Origin: an uncultured Methanosarcinaceae archaeon
GTDB lineage: Archaea > Halobacteriota > Methanosarcinia > Methanosarcinales > Methanosarcinaceae
Assembly: GCA_963847185.1 (NCBI GenBank)
Contig: CAWJYV010000007.1
Location: 32,001-96,000 of the forward strand
Length of the DNA stretch: 64,000 nucleotides
Direction of reading: 5' to 3'
The notes below the pieces were generated by a model. The model was not told the origin of the DNA. It ran no database searches and worked only from the letters and a program-made list of their open reading frames with translations. The position numbers were made by a program, and so were the translations under genes. The number at the start of each line of letters is the position of its first letter. Position 1 is the stretch's first letter. Below are positions 54,304-63,578 of the stretch, piece by piece.

Positions 54304-54622
54304 ACGCATTGTCATTCTCATTGAATGAGCGACTCTCACAATGAGCTTTTAATTATTTATAGGTTTCGGCATGAGTTTATCTTCCTCGTATCTTTCCGAA
54401 TTTGAATCTTAATTTGTAAGGGTATATGCTTACAATCTAAGTGCTTTTTGTTTATATGCAAAAGGTTTACTTTAAAACACATATTCTTATTTTATTATTG
54501 GAACTCTTTTCTTTTATATGAATGTCTATGATTCCAGAATCTCTAAATGAGAAATCGGACATCTGAGACCTTGGTTTAGGCGTTATCTCAACTTCATTAT
54601 TTTTCTTTTTTTGCAAACATTA

Positions 54623-54640
54623 AAGCAAAACGTTATATAC
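54623..54640 (+). promoter_or_regulatory. Candidate BRE/TATA promoter for the TRAM cluster
   Basis: A-rich AAGCAAAAC followed by TTATATA, ~200 bp upstream of the first TRAM start. Confidence 0.45.
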
Positions 54641-54831
54641 AAGCGAATATGAGTATGACCATTGATTGACTTATCCGAAGCTCTGTTGGGGATCAATTAA
54701 TCAAATAGATTAAGTAGAATGCGTACTACCAATTTGGTTTTTCAAGTTTGGTTTGTTAAGTACTGTTTTTACTCTTCTCTGTCGATGGAGCTTGTTTAAG
54801 CTGATTAATAGAATTTAAAGGAACGAATCTA

Positions 54832-55038
54832 ATGTTTAGAGATGAAAGTGCTTCTGTGCCCGTTGAAGAGGGCAGAACTTACGATGTAAATATTCAGGAT
54901 GTAGGTCGTAATGGAGACGGTATCGCCCGTATCGAAGGCTTCGTAGTTTTTGTCCCGAATACAAATGTTGGCGATGAAGTTCAGATTAAGGTCGAAAGAG
55001 TACTTCCCAAATTTGCATTTGCAACCGTTGTCGAGTAA
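54832..55038 (+). CDS. Single TRAM-domain RNA chaperone, copy 1
   Basis: PVEEGRTYDVNIQDVGRNGDGIARIEGFVVFVP..VGDEVQIKV. Confidence 0.92.
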   Translation: MFRDESASVPVEEGRTYDVNIQDVGRNGDGIARIEGFVVFVPNTNVGDEVQIKVERVLPKFAFATVVE

Positions 55039-55100
55039 ATGCAGATGAAGGAAATCAAATAATTTGATTGATTAAGTTAAGTATTAAAGGAATGGTTTTA

Positions 55101-55307
55101 ATGTTCAGAGAAGAAAGTCGTTCAATCCCTGTCGAAGAGGGCAAAGTTTACGATGTAACAATTCAGGATATTGCTCGCCAGGGAGACGGCATCGCTCGTA
55201 TTGAGGGTTTTGTGGTCTTTGTCCCGAATACGAGTGTTGGCGATGAAGTTCAGATTAAGGTCAAGAGAGTGCTCCCCAAATTTGCATTTGCAGATGTTGT
55301 CGAGTAA
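55101..55307 (+). CDS. Single TRAM-domain RNA chaperone, copy 2
   Basis: Near-identical to copies 1 and 3; start placed at MFREE (ATG 55092 also in frame). Confidence 0.92.
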   Translation: MFREESRSIPVEEGKVYDVTIQDIARQGDGIARIEGFVVFVPNTSVGDEVQIKVKRVLPKFAFADVVE

Positions 55308-55368
55308 ATGCAGGATGAGAGAGCAAATTTAGATTAATTAACTAAGGTAGATTAAAGGAATGGTTTTC

Positions 55369-55575
55369 ATGTTCAGAGAAGAAAGTCGCTCAGTCCCTGT
55401 CGAAGAGGGCGAAGTATACGATGTAACAATTCAGGATATTGCTCGCCAGGGAGACGGCATTGCACGTATAGAGGGTTTTGTTATCTTTGTTCCGGGCACT
55501 AAAGTTGGAGACGAAGTCCGGATTAAAGTCGAAAGAGTACTTCCTAAATATGGTTTTGCCAGCGTTGTTGAATAA
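55369..55575 (+). CDS. Single TRAM-domain RNA chaperone, copy 3
   Basis: PVEEGEVYDVTIQDIARQGDGIARIEGFVIFVPG; ATG 55360 also in frame. Confidence 0.92.
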   Translation: MFREESRSVPVEEGEVYDVTIQDIARQGDGIARIEGFVIFVPGTKVGDEVRIKVERVLPKYGFASVVE

Positions 55576-55929
55576 GCTTGGCACTCAAAATGGAAAGAGC
55601 TAGACTGAAAAATCATATATCATAATTAATTTTTTTCAGTCTTTTCTATTCATTAATACGCTTTAATTGATTTTTTAGTTTTCTTGTTTTCTAAGTTCTA
55701 GCTTTTAATCTTTTCTTCGAGTTTAGTCTTCTTGTTCATTCAGTGTCCTTACTTGTGTTTTTTATTGAGGCATCTGATGGTGAACATCCGGTGGTGAACG
55801 TTCGATGCTGTTATATAATAGATCTCCAATCATATTCTGGAAACTCAATTGAAGAAGATTTTATAAATCTTTATAGATAAGACAATTGCCTTTCACGATG
55901 GCCGGGGAAAGCAACCCGGAGTGATTCTC

Positions 55930-56376
55930 ATGATTCGTTTTATCAAGTACCACCCCCGCTCCAATACTTTTGTGATTGAAAAAAGAGCTTTTCTTGAGAA
56001 TGACCTTACCCTGGACGGCAATGTTATTGTCGGACAGGAGGTTAAATTCTGGAAAGATCTTACTGTAACTGGCAGGCTTGAACTCGGGAAAGGTTCGATT
56101 GTTAAAGGTAGTGTGAAAGCCAGAAATGCCCTTGTCTGCTCAGAGGCAAAAATTCTGGGGAATATAGAAACGGTATCTGAACTTGTCCTTCTTGATAGAG
56201 CCAGAGTAAACGCTGCAGCCTGCGAGGGAGATATTCGCATCAGACCAGGTTGTTTTATAGGTTCTGTAAAAGCAGGAGGAACTCTCGAGCTTGTGGGAAA
56301 GGTTGCTGTAAAAAGAGTGGAACCTTTAACAAAAATGATTATTCGGGCCGAAGAAGAATTTTCGGCTCCTTTGTGA
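55930..56376 (+). CDS. Polymer-forming cytoskeletal (bactofilin-like) beta-helix protein
   Basis: Periodic V/I/L-x-G repeats: LTLDGNVIVG, LTVTGRLELGKGSIVKGSVKA, AKILGNIET, GDIRI. Confidence 0.72.
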   Translation: MIRFIKYHPRSNTFVIEKRAFLENDLTLDGNVIVGQEVKFWKDLTVTGRLELGKGSIVKGSVKARNALVCSEAKILGNIETVSELVLLDRARVNAAACEGDIRIRPGCFIGSVKAGGTLELVGKVAVKRVEPLTKMIIRAEEEFSAPL

Positions 56377-56399
56377 TTTATTCTAATCTTTACAATAAT

Positions 56400-57164
56400 T
56401 CATTTTTTAAACCTTTCTTCTTCCAGAAGTTTCAGGACATGATCTCTCAAAAGATTGGCTTCTGGACCCGTTCGACATCTAGGGCGCGGCAGATCTACCT
56501 TTACGATCTCTTTTACCCTTCCTGGCCTGGAGGTCATTACCACTATCCTGTCCGAGAGAAAAACGGCCTCATCTACACTGTGAGTTACAAAAAGAAAGGT
56601 CACATGTTTTTGTTCCCATATCTTCAGGAGTTCGTCCTGCAGAATATTTCGGGTCTGGGCATCAAGAGCTCCAAAAGGCTCGTCCATAAGAAGCACCTCA
56701 GGCTCGTTGGAAAGGGCTCTTGCAATGGCTGCTCTCTGCTGCATGCCTCCTGATAACTCATGAGGGTAGCTGTTTTTGAATTGTTCCAGGCCTACGAGTT
56801 CTATATACTTCTCCACATGCTTTCTGGCTTCAGCCTTTTTAATTCCCTGCATCTCGAGTCCAAAGGTGATGTTATCCATGACGGTTCTCCAGGGAAAGAG
56901 AGAATACTGCTGAAAAACCATGCCCCTTTTAGGATCCGGCCCTGTTATAGGGACTCCGTTTAGTGTGATTTCTCCTGAAGTCTGGGTCTCAAGTCCTGCA
57001 GTAATCCTGAGCAAAGTTGTTTTTCCACAACCTGAAGGCCCTAGAATGCAGATAAACTCTCCATCCTCTACATTAAAACTTACGTCGTGCAGAGCTTCTG
57101 TTCCGGACTCATCTTCTTCTTTTGTGAATGTACGGGATACATTTTTTACACTTAATCTTCCCAT
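56400..57164 (-). CDS. ABC transporter ATP-binding protein (NitT/TauT/SsuB type)
   Basis: GPSGCGKTT, VFQQYSLFPW, YPHELSGGMQQR, LLMDEPFGALD, VTHSVDEA; start moved to ATG 57164. Confidence 0.92.
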   Translation of the reverse strand: MGRLSVKNVSRTFTKEEDESGTEALHDVSFNVEDGEFICILGPSGCGKTTLLRITAGLETQTSGEITLNGVPITGPDPKRGMVFQQYSLFPWRTVMDNITFGLEMQGIKKAEARKHVEKYIELVGLEQFKNSYPHELSGGMQQRAAIARALSNEPEVLLMDEPFGALDAQTRNILQDELLKIWEQKHVTFLFVTHSVDEAVFLSDRIVVMTSRPGRVKEIVKVDLPRPRCRTGPEANLLRDHVLKLLEEERFKK

Positions 57165-57165
57165 T

Positions 57166-57951
57166 TTATACCACAGTTCCTGCCTGCCATCTAAGTAATT
57201 TTTCATCTACATAATATCTGAAGAAGCGGTCAATTAAAAGACCCACAAATCCAAGTAGTAGCATATAGACAAGTACGAAATCCATTCTGTGTATGTAGTA
57301 ATTGTGCCATATTTCGAATCCAAGTCCACTGCTGCTTCCAAACATTTCTGCAGCTACTAGACACATCCAGCCTACACCCATTGCAATTCTGATTCCTGCA
57401 ACAATTGAAGGCATAGCTGAAGGGATCGCAATAAAACGGATGAGGTCAACATTCCGGGTACAACCAAGAACTTTTGCTGCTTCAACATAAACTTTCGGTA
57501 CGTTTTTAAAACCAGTATATGTGTTAATGACAATAGGAAAGACCATTCCTATAAATACAACAAAACCTGCAGCCTGATGAGTAAGTCCAAACCATATGAT
57601 TGCAAAAGGAATCCAGGCAATAGGAGGTATTGGACGTAGTATTTCTATTATAGGGTCGATTGCTCTGTTTAGTGTCTTGAACCATCCCATGGCTATTCCC
57701 AGGGGAATTCCAACTGCAAACGCGCCAACAATACCAATTGAAAAATGAAGTAAACTAGTTAGTGTATCGGTAATAATTAGTCCACTTTTGATAATCGCAG
57801 AAAAAGATATCAGTACATCATAAAAACTCGGCAGAATAAATTTTTTCTGTACTATATTATCTGCTGTAAACTGCCATACTGCAATTACAACTAGCAAAGA
57901 TAATGCTTCAATGCCTTTTTCTTCGATTGCTCTTCTGAAATTAATTTTCAT
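57166..57951 (-). CDS. ABC transporter permease (SsuC/TauC type)
   Basis: RPIPPIAWIP, EAAKVLG, WMCLVAAEM. Confidence 0.92.
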   Translation of the reverse strand: MKINFRRAIEEKGIEALSLLVVIAVWQFTADNIVQKKFILPSFYDVLISFSAIIKSGLIITDTLTSLLHFSIGIVGAFAVGIPLGIAMGWFKTLNRAIDPIIEILRPIPPIAWIPFAIIWFGLTHQAAGFVVFIGMVFPIVINTYTGFKNVPKVYVEAAKVLGCTRNVDLIRFIAIPSAMPSIVAGIRIAMGVGWMCLVAAEMFGSSSGLGFEIWHNYYIHRMDFVLVYMLLLGFVGLLIDRFFRYYVDEKLLRWQAGTVV

Positions 57952-58017
57952 GTCTTATTAAAAGAATTCTTACTTTTTTATCTTTCCGGCAGATTTCATC
58001 TTTCAAAATGAATTGTG

Positions 58018-58055
58018 GTTCAAACTGCCTCTTATATATAAAGAGGCAGATGAAC
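58018..58055. terminator. Intercistronic stem-loop after the substrate-binding gene
   Basis: CTGCCTCTT-atatata-AAGAGGCAG 9-bp stem, extendable by GTTCA/TGAAC. Confidence 0.55.
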
Positions 58056-58091
58056 TCTTTTTTATTTAAACTTTATTTTCAATATTTCAGG

Positions 58092-59117
58092 TTATTTCTC
58101 ATTGACAGCTTTCTCATAGAAACTTGTATCAAAGATTTCATCTTCTGTCAAAGGTTTCTGAGTATAATTCAGTTCATACTGAATTCTCGAGTAATCGACA
58201 GTTGAGTTTTCAATCAGGGCTGGATCTGTAATCCATTTTCCATCCCATTCCTTAAGAGACTTCTTCACAACATCGAGATTCTCTGTAGTTTTATTTGAAT
58301 AAATTTGAGCAGCTTCATCCACATTCTGCTGGTTATATTCTGTTGCCTTTATATGAGTCTTGACAATCTGTTCTACAATATCCGGATGCTCTCTGATAAG
58401 CTTTCCACTTACCAAGAGTACACAGCAGGCATGATTTGGACTCATTTCTCCAGATTGCACAATGGTACGTCCATTACCTTCCTTTTCGATAACTGCCGGG
58501 GACGGATGAGGCAGGAACACTGCAGCAACCTGTTTGGCTGAAATGGCTGTGACAGCGTCTCCAGGAGTCATTCCTACAATTGTCACATCTTTTTCAGGGT
58601 CAAGTCCGTTTTTCTTGACCCATTCTCTGAGCAAGGTATCCTGAATCGTTCCTGATGGGAAGGTAGCGATCTTAAGTCCTTTCAGGTCTTCAGGACTTTT
58701 ATATTCGTACTCGGGTCTCAGGACAAGACTTGAACCATTTATCTGGACAGGTTCAACAATCTTTGCATCAAGACCACCGCTAAGGGCTGTAATCGCAGGG
58801 GCTGCTCCAACGTAGGCTACATCAAGGTCTCCAGCCATCATTGCCTGCATCTCGGGAGCACCAGTCGGAAATTGGAATTCGTTTATTTTTTCTATTCCAT
58901 AGGGTGCGAGATCTTCTTTCCACCATCCTTTTTCAGCTGCAGTCATGTATGCAATCTGATGTGTACTTGGCTGATAGCCAATGTTCAGTTCGGTAATTGC
59001 AGGTGCTTCAGCACCGCTTTTATTATCAGACTCGTTTCCACTATTAGATACGCAACCTGATACGAAGGCAAATAAGACCAGCAGTAAAGTAAGTACCATT
59101 ACGCTTAGTTTTTTCAA
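58092..59117 (-). CDS. ABC transporter substrate-binding lipoprotein (sulfonate/nitrate/taurine type)
   Basis: Lipobox FVSGC, IGYQPSTH, GDLDVAYVG, DLKGLKIA, HACCVL; TTG start after GAGGTG. Confidence 0.9.
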   Translation of the reverse strand: MKKLSVMVLTLLLVLFAFVSGCVSNSGNESDNKSGAEAPAITELNIGYQPSTHQIAYMTAAEKGWWKEDLAPYGIEKINEFQFPTGAPEMQAMMAGDLDVAYVGAAPAITALSGGLDAKIVEPVQINGSSLVLRPEYEYKSPEDLKGLKIATFPSGTIQDTLLREWVKKNGLDPEKDVTIVGMTPGDAVTAISAKQVAAVFLPHPSPAVIEKEGNGRTIVQSGEMSPNHACCVLLVSGKLIREHPDIVEQIVKTHIKATEYNQQNVDEAAQIYSNKTTENLDVVKKSLKEWDGKWITDPALIENSTVDYSRIQYELNYTQKPLTEDEIFDTSFYEKAVNEK

Positions 59118-59514
59118 AGCTCCACCTCTATACTTCTATAACTGATAATAATTTCTATTAATGATACCAATTCCTATAAAACGATACCCTTAATATCTAA
59201 ATACATCTTCTAAAATACAACTTTTCTAATGAAATCCACAGGCTTTTAGGTATTCTATTTGTAAGTTTTTTTATAACAGCATGAAAGATATTTTAAATTT
59301 CAAAGAAGAAATCTGTGAATATAAAAAGCATTTACTTTAATGAATTAATATTTTTTAAAACCTTCTATATATGCTTTCTCGAAGGTCTCGGGATTATATC
59401 CCAAATGTATTAATATATCTGAATGTATTTCTCATTCGGGAATAAAATTTTAATAAACGTAAATTATTTGAAGCTACCGAAATATTTTTATAGGACTTTC
59501 AAAAGTTGATTTTT

Positions 59515-60036
59515 ATGAATGTTGCAGACAAAGTTATCAAATCCGCGTTCGAGTCAGATGAGGTATTTCAAAAAACGCTTTCTACTGTAATTAAAGAGGA
59601 CCTTAACCTCACTGCAGTGGATTTTGCAAAAAAGGCTAATATTCCTCCGAGTACCCTCTATAAGATCCTATCGGGTAACCGGGACCCTAATATCAAAACC
59701 CTCCGTCAGATAGTAAAAACAATACGTGATATCAAAGAATCTGATAGTGGAGATTTTATTGCTGTAATAGCCGCTCGCTCAGTACTTGACAATATAGTAG
59801 AAACAAAGAAAAAGATTGCTGGCAGGCTGGTCACAATAAGGGAATACTCCGCAACCTCAATGGAAGAAGCTATAATAGCAGCTGTTAATGCCGAAAGAGA
59901 TGGTGCTAAAGCCCTTGTCTGTGCTCCAATAGTAAGTCCTACAGTGGAAAAAATTCTGAATATCCCTGTTACGACCATTATCCCGAAAAATAGCCTTATA
60001 GACGCTATTGAACTTGCGCTCAAAAAGATGGAGTAA
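59515..60036 (+). CDS. XRE/Cro-type HTH transcriptional regulator, divergent from the ABC operon
   Basis: FAKKANIPPSTLYKILSGNRDPNIKTL HTH plus a C-terminal alpha/beta domain. Confidence 0.85.
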   Translation: MNVADKVIKSAFESDEVFQKTLSTVIKEDLNLTAVDFAKKANIPPSTLYKILSGNRDPNIKTLRQIVKTIRDIKESDSGDFIAVIAARSVLDNIVETKKKIAGRLVTIREYSATSMEEAIIAAVNAERDGAKALVCAPIVSPTVEKILNIPVTTIIPKNSLIDAIELALKKME

Positions 60037-60175
60037 TCTGGAACAGGAATAAAACTCGGAATAAAATATAAAATTAGAAAATTAAAAAACTGCTTTCTAA
60101 AACCCTGTAAATGTCTGATGGGTTCTGAAAAACTGCTTTCAAATCAAACTTAAATCATTTTAATCTTTTTTACTC

Positions 60176-60204
60176 AAAAAAACCCGCGTTTTGATTAACG
60201 CGGG
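60176..60204 (-). terminator. Stem-loop plus T tract terminating the S-layer gene
   Basis: CCCGCGTT-ttgatt-AACGCGGG; the A7 run on + reads as T7 downstream on the minus strand. Confidence 0.65.
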
Positions 60205-60256
60205 GATTTAAGTTTAATTTCTCTTGTTTTTCAGTATTTTCTATTTTTTACTGTCT

Positions 60257-63200
60257 TTATTTTCTCGGTTTTATCGAGTCTACAATCTCCTGTACTTTCT
60301 GCTGCAGCATTGCCATATCTCCACCGCCTTTTGTAAAGAAATAAGCAGCTCCGCCGATAATTAACAGGACAAAAACTCCAAGGACATAAAGCAGCAAAGA
60401 AGACTTTTCTTTTACCGTATAGGAACCGGTTTGTTCTCCTATTGTTACGTTATAAGTTCCTGGGTTTTCTTCACTGTGTTCAAAGGTCACTGTAGTGTTA
60501 TTCCCTATACCCAGAGAGACATCCTGTGAATCAACTACACTTCCGTTTACAGACAGTTCCGCATTATATTCTCCTGCAGCATTGCCTGCGTTTTCGACAT
60601 TAGCTGAGATCGTCGTGTTCTTTCCGGCTTTGACTTCTATAGGGTTGATTACAAGGTTAGATACCTCAAAAATGGCTTCAAGATCCTTCACTTTAAGGCT
60701 GGTGCTTTCTTCAGTAAAGCCATCTTTTGCAACACTGATCTTGACAGTACCGCTTTTTTCCGAGGTATAAGTGATCTTTCCATCAGATCCGGTTGTTCCA
60801 ATAACTTTGTCATCAACTGAAACATTTGCACCCTCGATTGGATCTCCTCCAATCTTTTTCAAGACTTCTATCGTGGCTGTATCGCCTACATAAACTGTTT
60901 CAGGAGAAATGCTGAGGCTTATTCCCTCTTTCGGAGAATTGACATTGATTTCTTTGCTTGTTTTTGTGTAATCTTCTTTTTCTGCAGTTATTTTCAGGGT
61001 TCCTACCTCTTCAGCCGTGTACTCAACAATTCCATCAGCATTGGTTTCTCCAGCGCTGGTTTCATTAACCGATACAGTAGCCCCTTCTACGGGTTCCCCG
61101 CCTGCAGTTATTTCAATATCAAAGTTGTCTCCTGCATAGATTTCGTCAGGTACACCTATTTTCAGTGATGTGCTGCTGTTTCCTTCGCCTCCTGAGTCAA
61201 CCTCCACAAAGGGATAGAACCTGAGAGTACTGGAATCAGCGGTCTTGAAACTGACATTGCCCATAACATCGACGGTTTCATCCTGGCCAAGCCCGATATC
61301 GTCATCATTTTTCATTGTGATGCCGCTTTCTGAGACACTAGTAACTTCCATTTCGCCGAATGTATCTCCGTTGTTGATTTCAGTGTAATCATCCGAAAGC
61401 TGGAAAATACCCTGTACAAAGACAGCAGAACTCTCACTTCCTGCAAATACTGTGCCGAAATGGACTATGATGAGAGGTACGCTTTCTGATTCTCCAAGTT
61501 CAGTTTCATAGATATAATCCTCACCTGAGGTGACAAAGCCCTCATCTACCACTTCTCCGTCTTTCTCTAGCTGGACCCATACACTTTCTCCGTTAACATC
61601 AACTTCCTTGATGCTCAAAGAGTAGCCATCTTCAAGGGTAAGGGCAGAACCTGAGTTCATGGATTCTTTGTCATCTGTGTCGGTAAGAACTTTACAAAGG
61701 ATACTGTCTGAAAGAAGGCTCACATCATCAACTGCTCCATCAACAGAGCCATCAGTATACCCTGCAAAATACTTATCTGCCATGAAGCCAACAACTGTGA
61801 AATTGCCCCATTCACTGTGTTCAAAATCAACGCTTTGAGGCGTGGACTCGTAGACTAGTTTGCCTGAGGGTATGTCCCTACTTCCAAATTCTTCTACTGT
61901 CAGGTTTTCAGTCCCAATTCCTTCATCTATATTGTAATAGAAACCTTCGAAGTTGAAAGGATCCCAGCTCGGGAGAGAATCTCCTTCTTCATAGACAGTC
62001 CCGCGCAGTTCGTAGGTACCCGACTCCGAGGTGTCAAGGATAGGGGCAAAACGCAGTGTGCTGGAATCAGCTACCTGAATCTTTATTTTGCCCATAAGAT
62101 CTACTGTATCTCCCTCGTCGAGTCCGACACTAGCATCATTCTTCATTTTTATTTCACTACTGCTCAGGGATGTTACTTCCATTTCTCCGAAGGTATCCCC
62201 ATTAGTGAGTTCGGTATACTCGTCCGATATCTGGAAGATTCCCTGTACGAATACAGCAGAAGTTTCGCTTCCTGCAAATACCGTGCCGAAGTGAACAATG
62301 ATTATGGGTACATCTTCTGCTTCTCCAAGGTCAGCTTCATAGGTATAGTCCTCACCTGAGGTGACAAATCCCTCATCTACCACTTCTCCGTCTTTTTCTA
62401 GCTGGACCCATACACTTTCTCCATTAACATCGACTTCCTTGATATTCAGAGAGTATCCTTCCTCGAGGGCAAGAGCATCTCCAGAATTTGCTGACTTTTT
62501 ATCATCACTGTCGATCAGGATTTTGGAAAGAATACCATCGGAAATCGGGCTTATATCGTCACCTACAACTTCGGAATCATTCTTAGTGTAACCTGCAAAG
62601 TATTTCTCTGCCATGAACCCAATAATCTCATATGAACCCCAGTCACCATATTCAAAGCTAGTCTTAGTAGGCGTTGTGATGTACTCGATATTTCCAGAAT
62701 CTATGCTTCTGTCTATATCTGTAATGGTCATATTTTCTGAGGAGACTCCCGTATCAAGGTCATAGTAGAAGCCTGAATAACTCTGAGCATCCCATGTATA
62801 AGTTGTAGGCATTCCAGTTTGCCAGATCCTTTTCCCGCTTGAACTGCTTGCGGAACCTGCCTCAATAATTTTAGTTGATGTACTCTGATTTCCATTACTG
62901 TAGGTCGCAGTTAAAGCCACTGTGTAGCTGTTTTGGCTTGTATAGGTATGAATCGGATTCTTTTCTGTACTATTTGCACTCCCATCCCCAAAACTCCAGT
63001 CTAACTTGGTAGGTGAACCTGTACTTTTGTCAGTAAACTGAACAGTTAAGGGTATAGATCCCTCTGTAACATTTGCCTCAAAAGCAGCAGTTGAAGCTAA
63101 TACGGTTATATCCTTAGTTGCTGGATCAGATGTAGTAGTTGCATTTTCTGCTGTTAGTGTTACTATGTACGTTCCTGCGGTGGTATAAGTGTGTACTACT

Positions 63201-63409
63201 GGATTCTGGTTAGTTGAATTTGAAAATCCATCACCAAAGTTCCAGTTCCATGTAGTTCCATTTTCGTATTGGCCTGTAAATTGCACACTCAGGGGCAATA
63301 CTCCTGATGTTGTGTTGGCGACAATATTTGCAGGTACTGCACCTGCAGCTCCGCAAAATAGCCCGAACACCAGAATTGCTGTAAATATCTGTAAAATAGC
63401 TTTTTTCAT
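60257..63409 (-). CDS. S-layer domain protein (signal peptide, 2x PKD, 2x DUF1608, Ig/CARDB-like domains, C-terminal TM anchor)
   Basis: PKD WNFGDG/WSFGDG; duplicated YSGFYYDLD/FEGFYYNID...GFMA.KYFAGY repeats typical of Methanosarcina S-layer domains; TM LLLYVLGVFVLLIIGGAAYFF. Confidence 0.9.
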   Translation of the reverse strand: MKKAILQIFTAILVFGLFCGAAGAVPANIVANTTSGVLPLSVQFTGQYENGTTWNWNFGDGFSNSTNQNPVVHTYTTAGTYIVTLTAENATTTSDPATKDITVLASTAAFEANVTEGSIPLTVQFTDKSTGSPTKLDWSFGDGSANSTEKNPIHTYTSQNSYTVALTATYSNGNQSTSTKIIEAGSASSSSGKRIWQTGMPTTYTWDAQSYSGFYYDLDTGVSSENMTITDIDRSIDSGNIEYITTPTKTSFEYGDWGSYEIIGFMAEKYFAGYTKNDSEVVGDDISPISDGILSKILIDSDDKKSANSGDALALEEGYSLNIKEVDVNGESVWVQLEKDGEVVDEGFVTSGEDYTYEADLGEAEDVPIIIVHFGTVFAGSETSAVFVQGIFQISDEYTELTNGDTFGEMEVTSLSSSEIKMKNDASVGLDEGDTVDLMGKIKIQVADSSTLRFAPILDTSESGTYELRGTVYEEGDSLPSWDPFNFEGFYYNIDEGIGTENLTVEEFGSRDIPSGKLVYESTPQSVDFEHSEWGNFTVVGFMADKYFAGYTDGSVDGAVDDVSLLSDSILCKVLTDTDDKESMNSGSALTLEDGYSLSIKEVDVNGESVWVQLEKDGEVVDEGFVTSGEDYIYETELGESESVPLIIVHFGTVFAGSESSAVFVQGIFQLSDDYTEINNGDTFGEMEVTSVSESGITMKNDDDIGLGQDETVDVMGNVSFKTADSSTLRFYPFVEVDSGGEGNSSTSLKIGVPDEIYAGDNFDIEITAGGEPVEGATVSVNETSAGETNADGIVEYTAEEVGTLKITAEKEDYTKTSKEINVNSPKEGISLSISPETVYVGDTATIEVLKKIGGDPIEGANVSVDDKVIGTTGSDGKITYTSEKSGTVKISVAKDGFTEESTSLKVKDLEAIFEVSNLVINPIEVKAGKNTTISANVENAGNAAGEYNAELSVNGSVVDSQDVSLGIGNNTTVTFEHSEENPGTYNVTIGEQTGSYTVKEKSSLLLYVLGVFVLLIIGGAAYFFTKGGGDMAMLQQKVQEIVDSIKPRK

Positions 63410-63578
63410 GTTTTATCCTTCTAAACCTTGTGCCTAAATTATATTTGTTAGCTTTTATTTTAGAAATTTTCAAATCTATTTTGTTTTTATGATCACTGTG
63501 AATTTTAATCAATAAATCCTACTTCTCTCTCTAAGTTCTATCTTCAAGTTTTAATCGGCGAACTCGATTATTTTTTTA

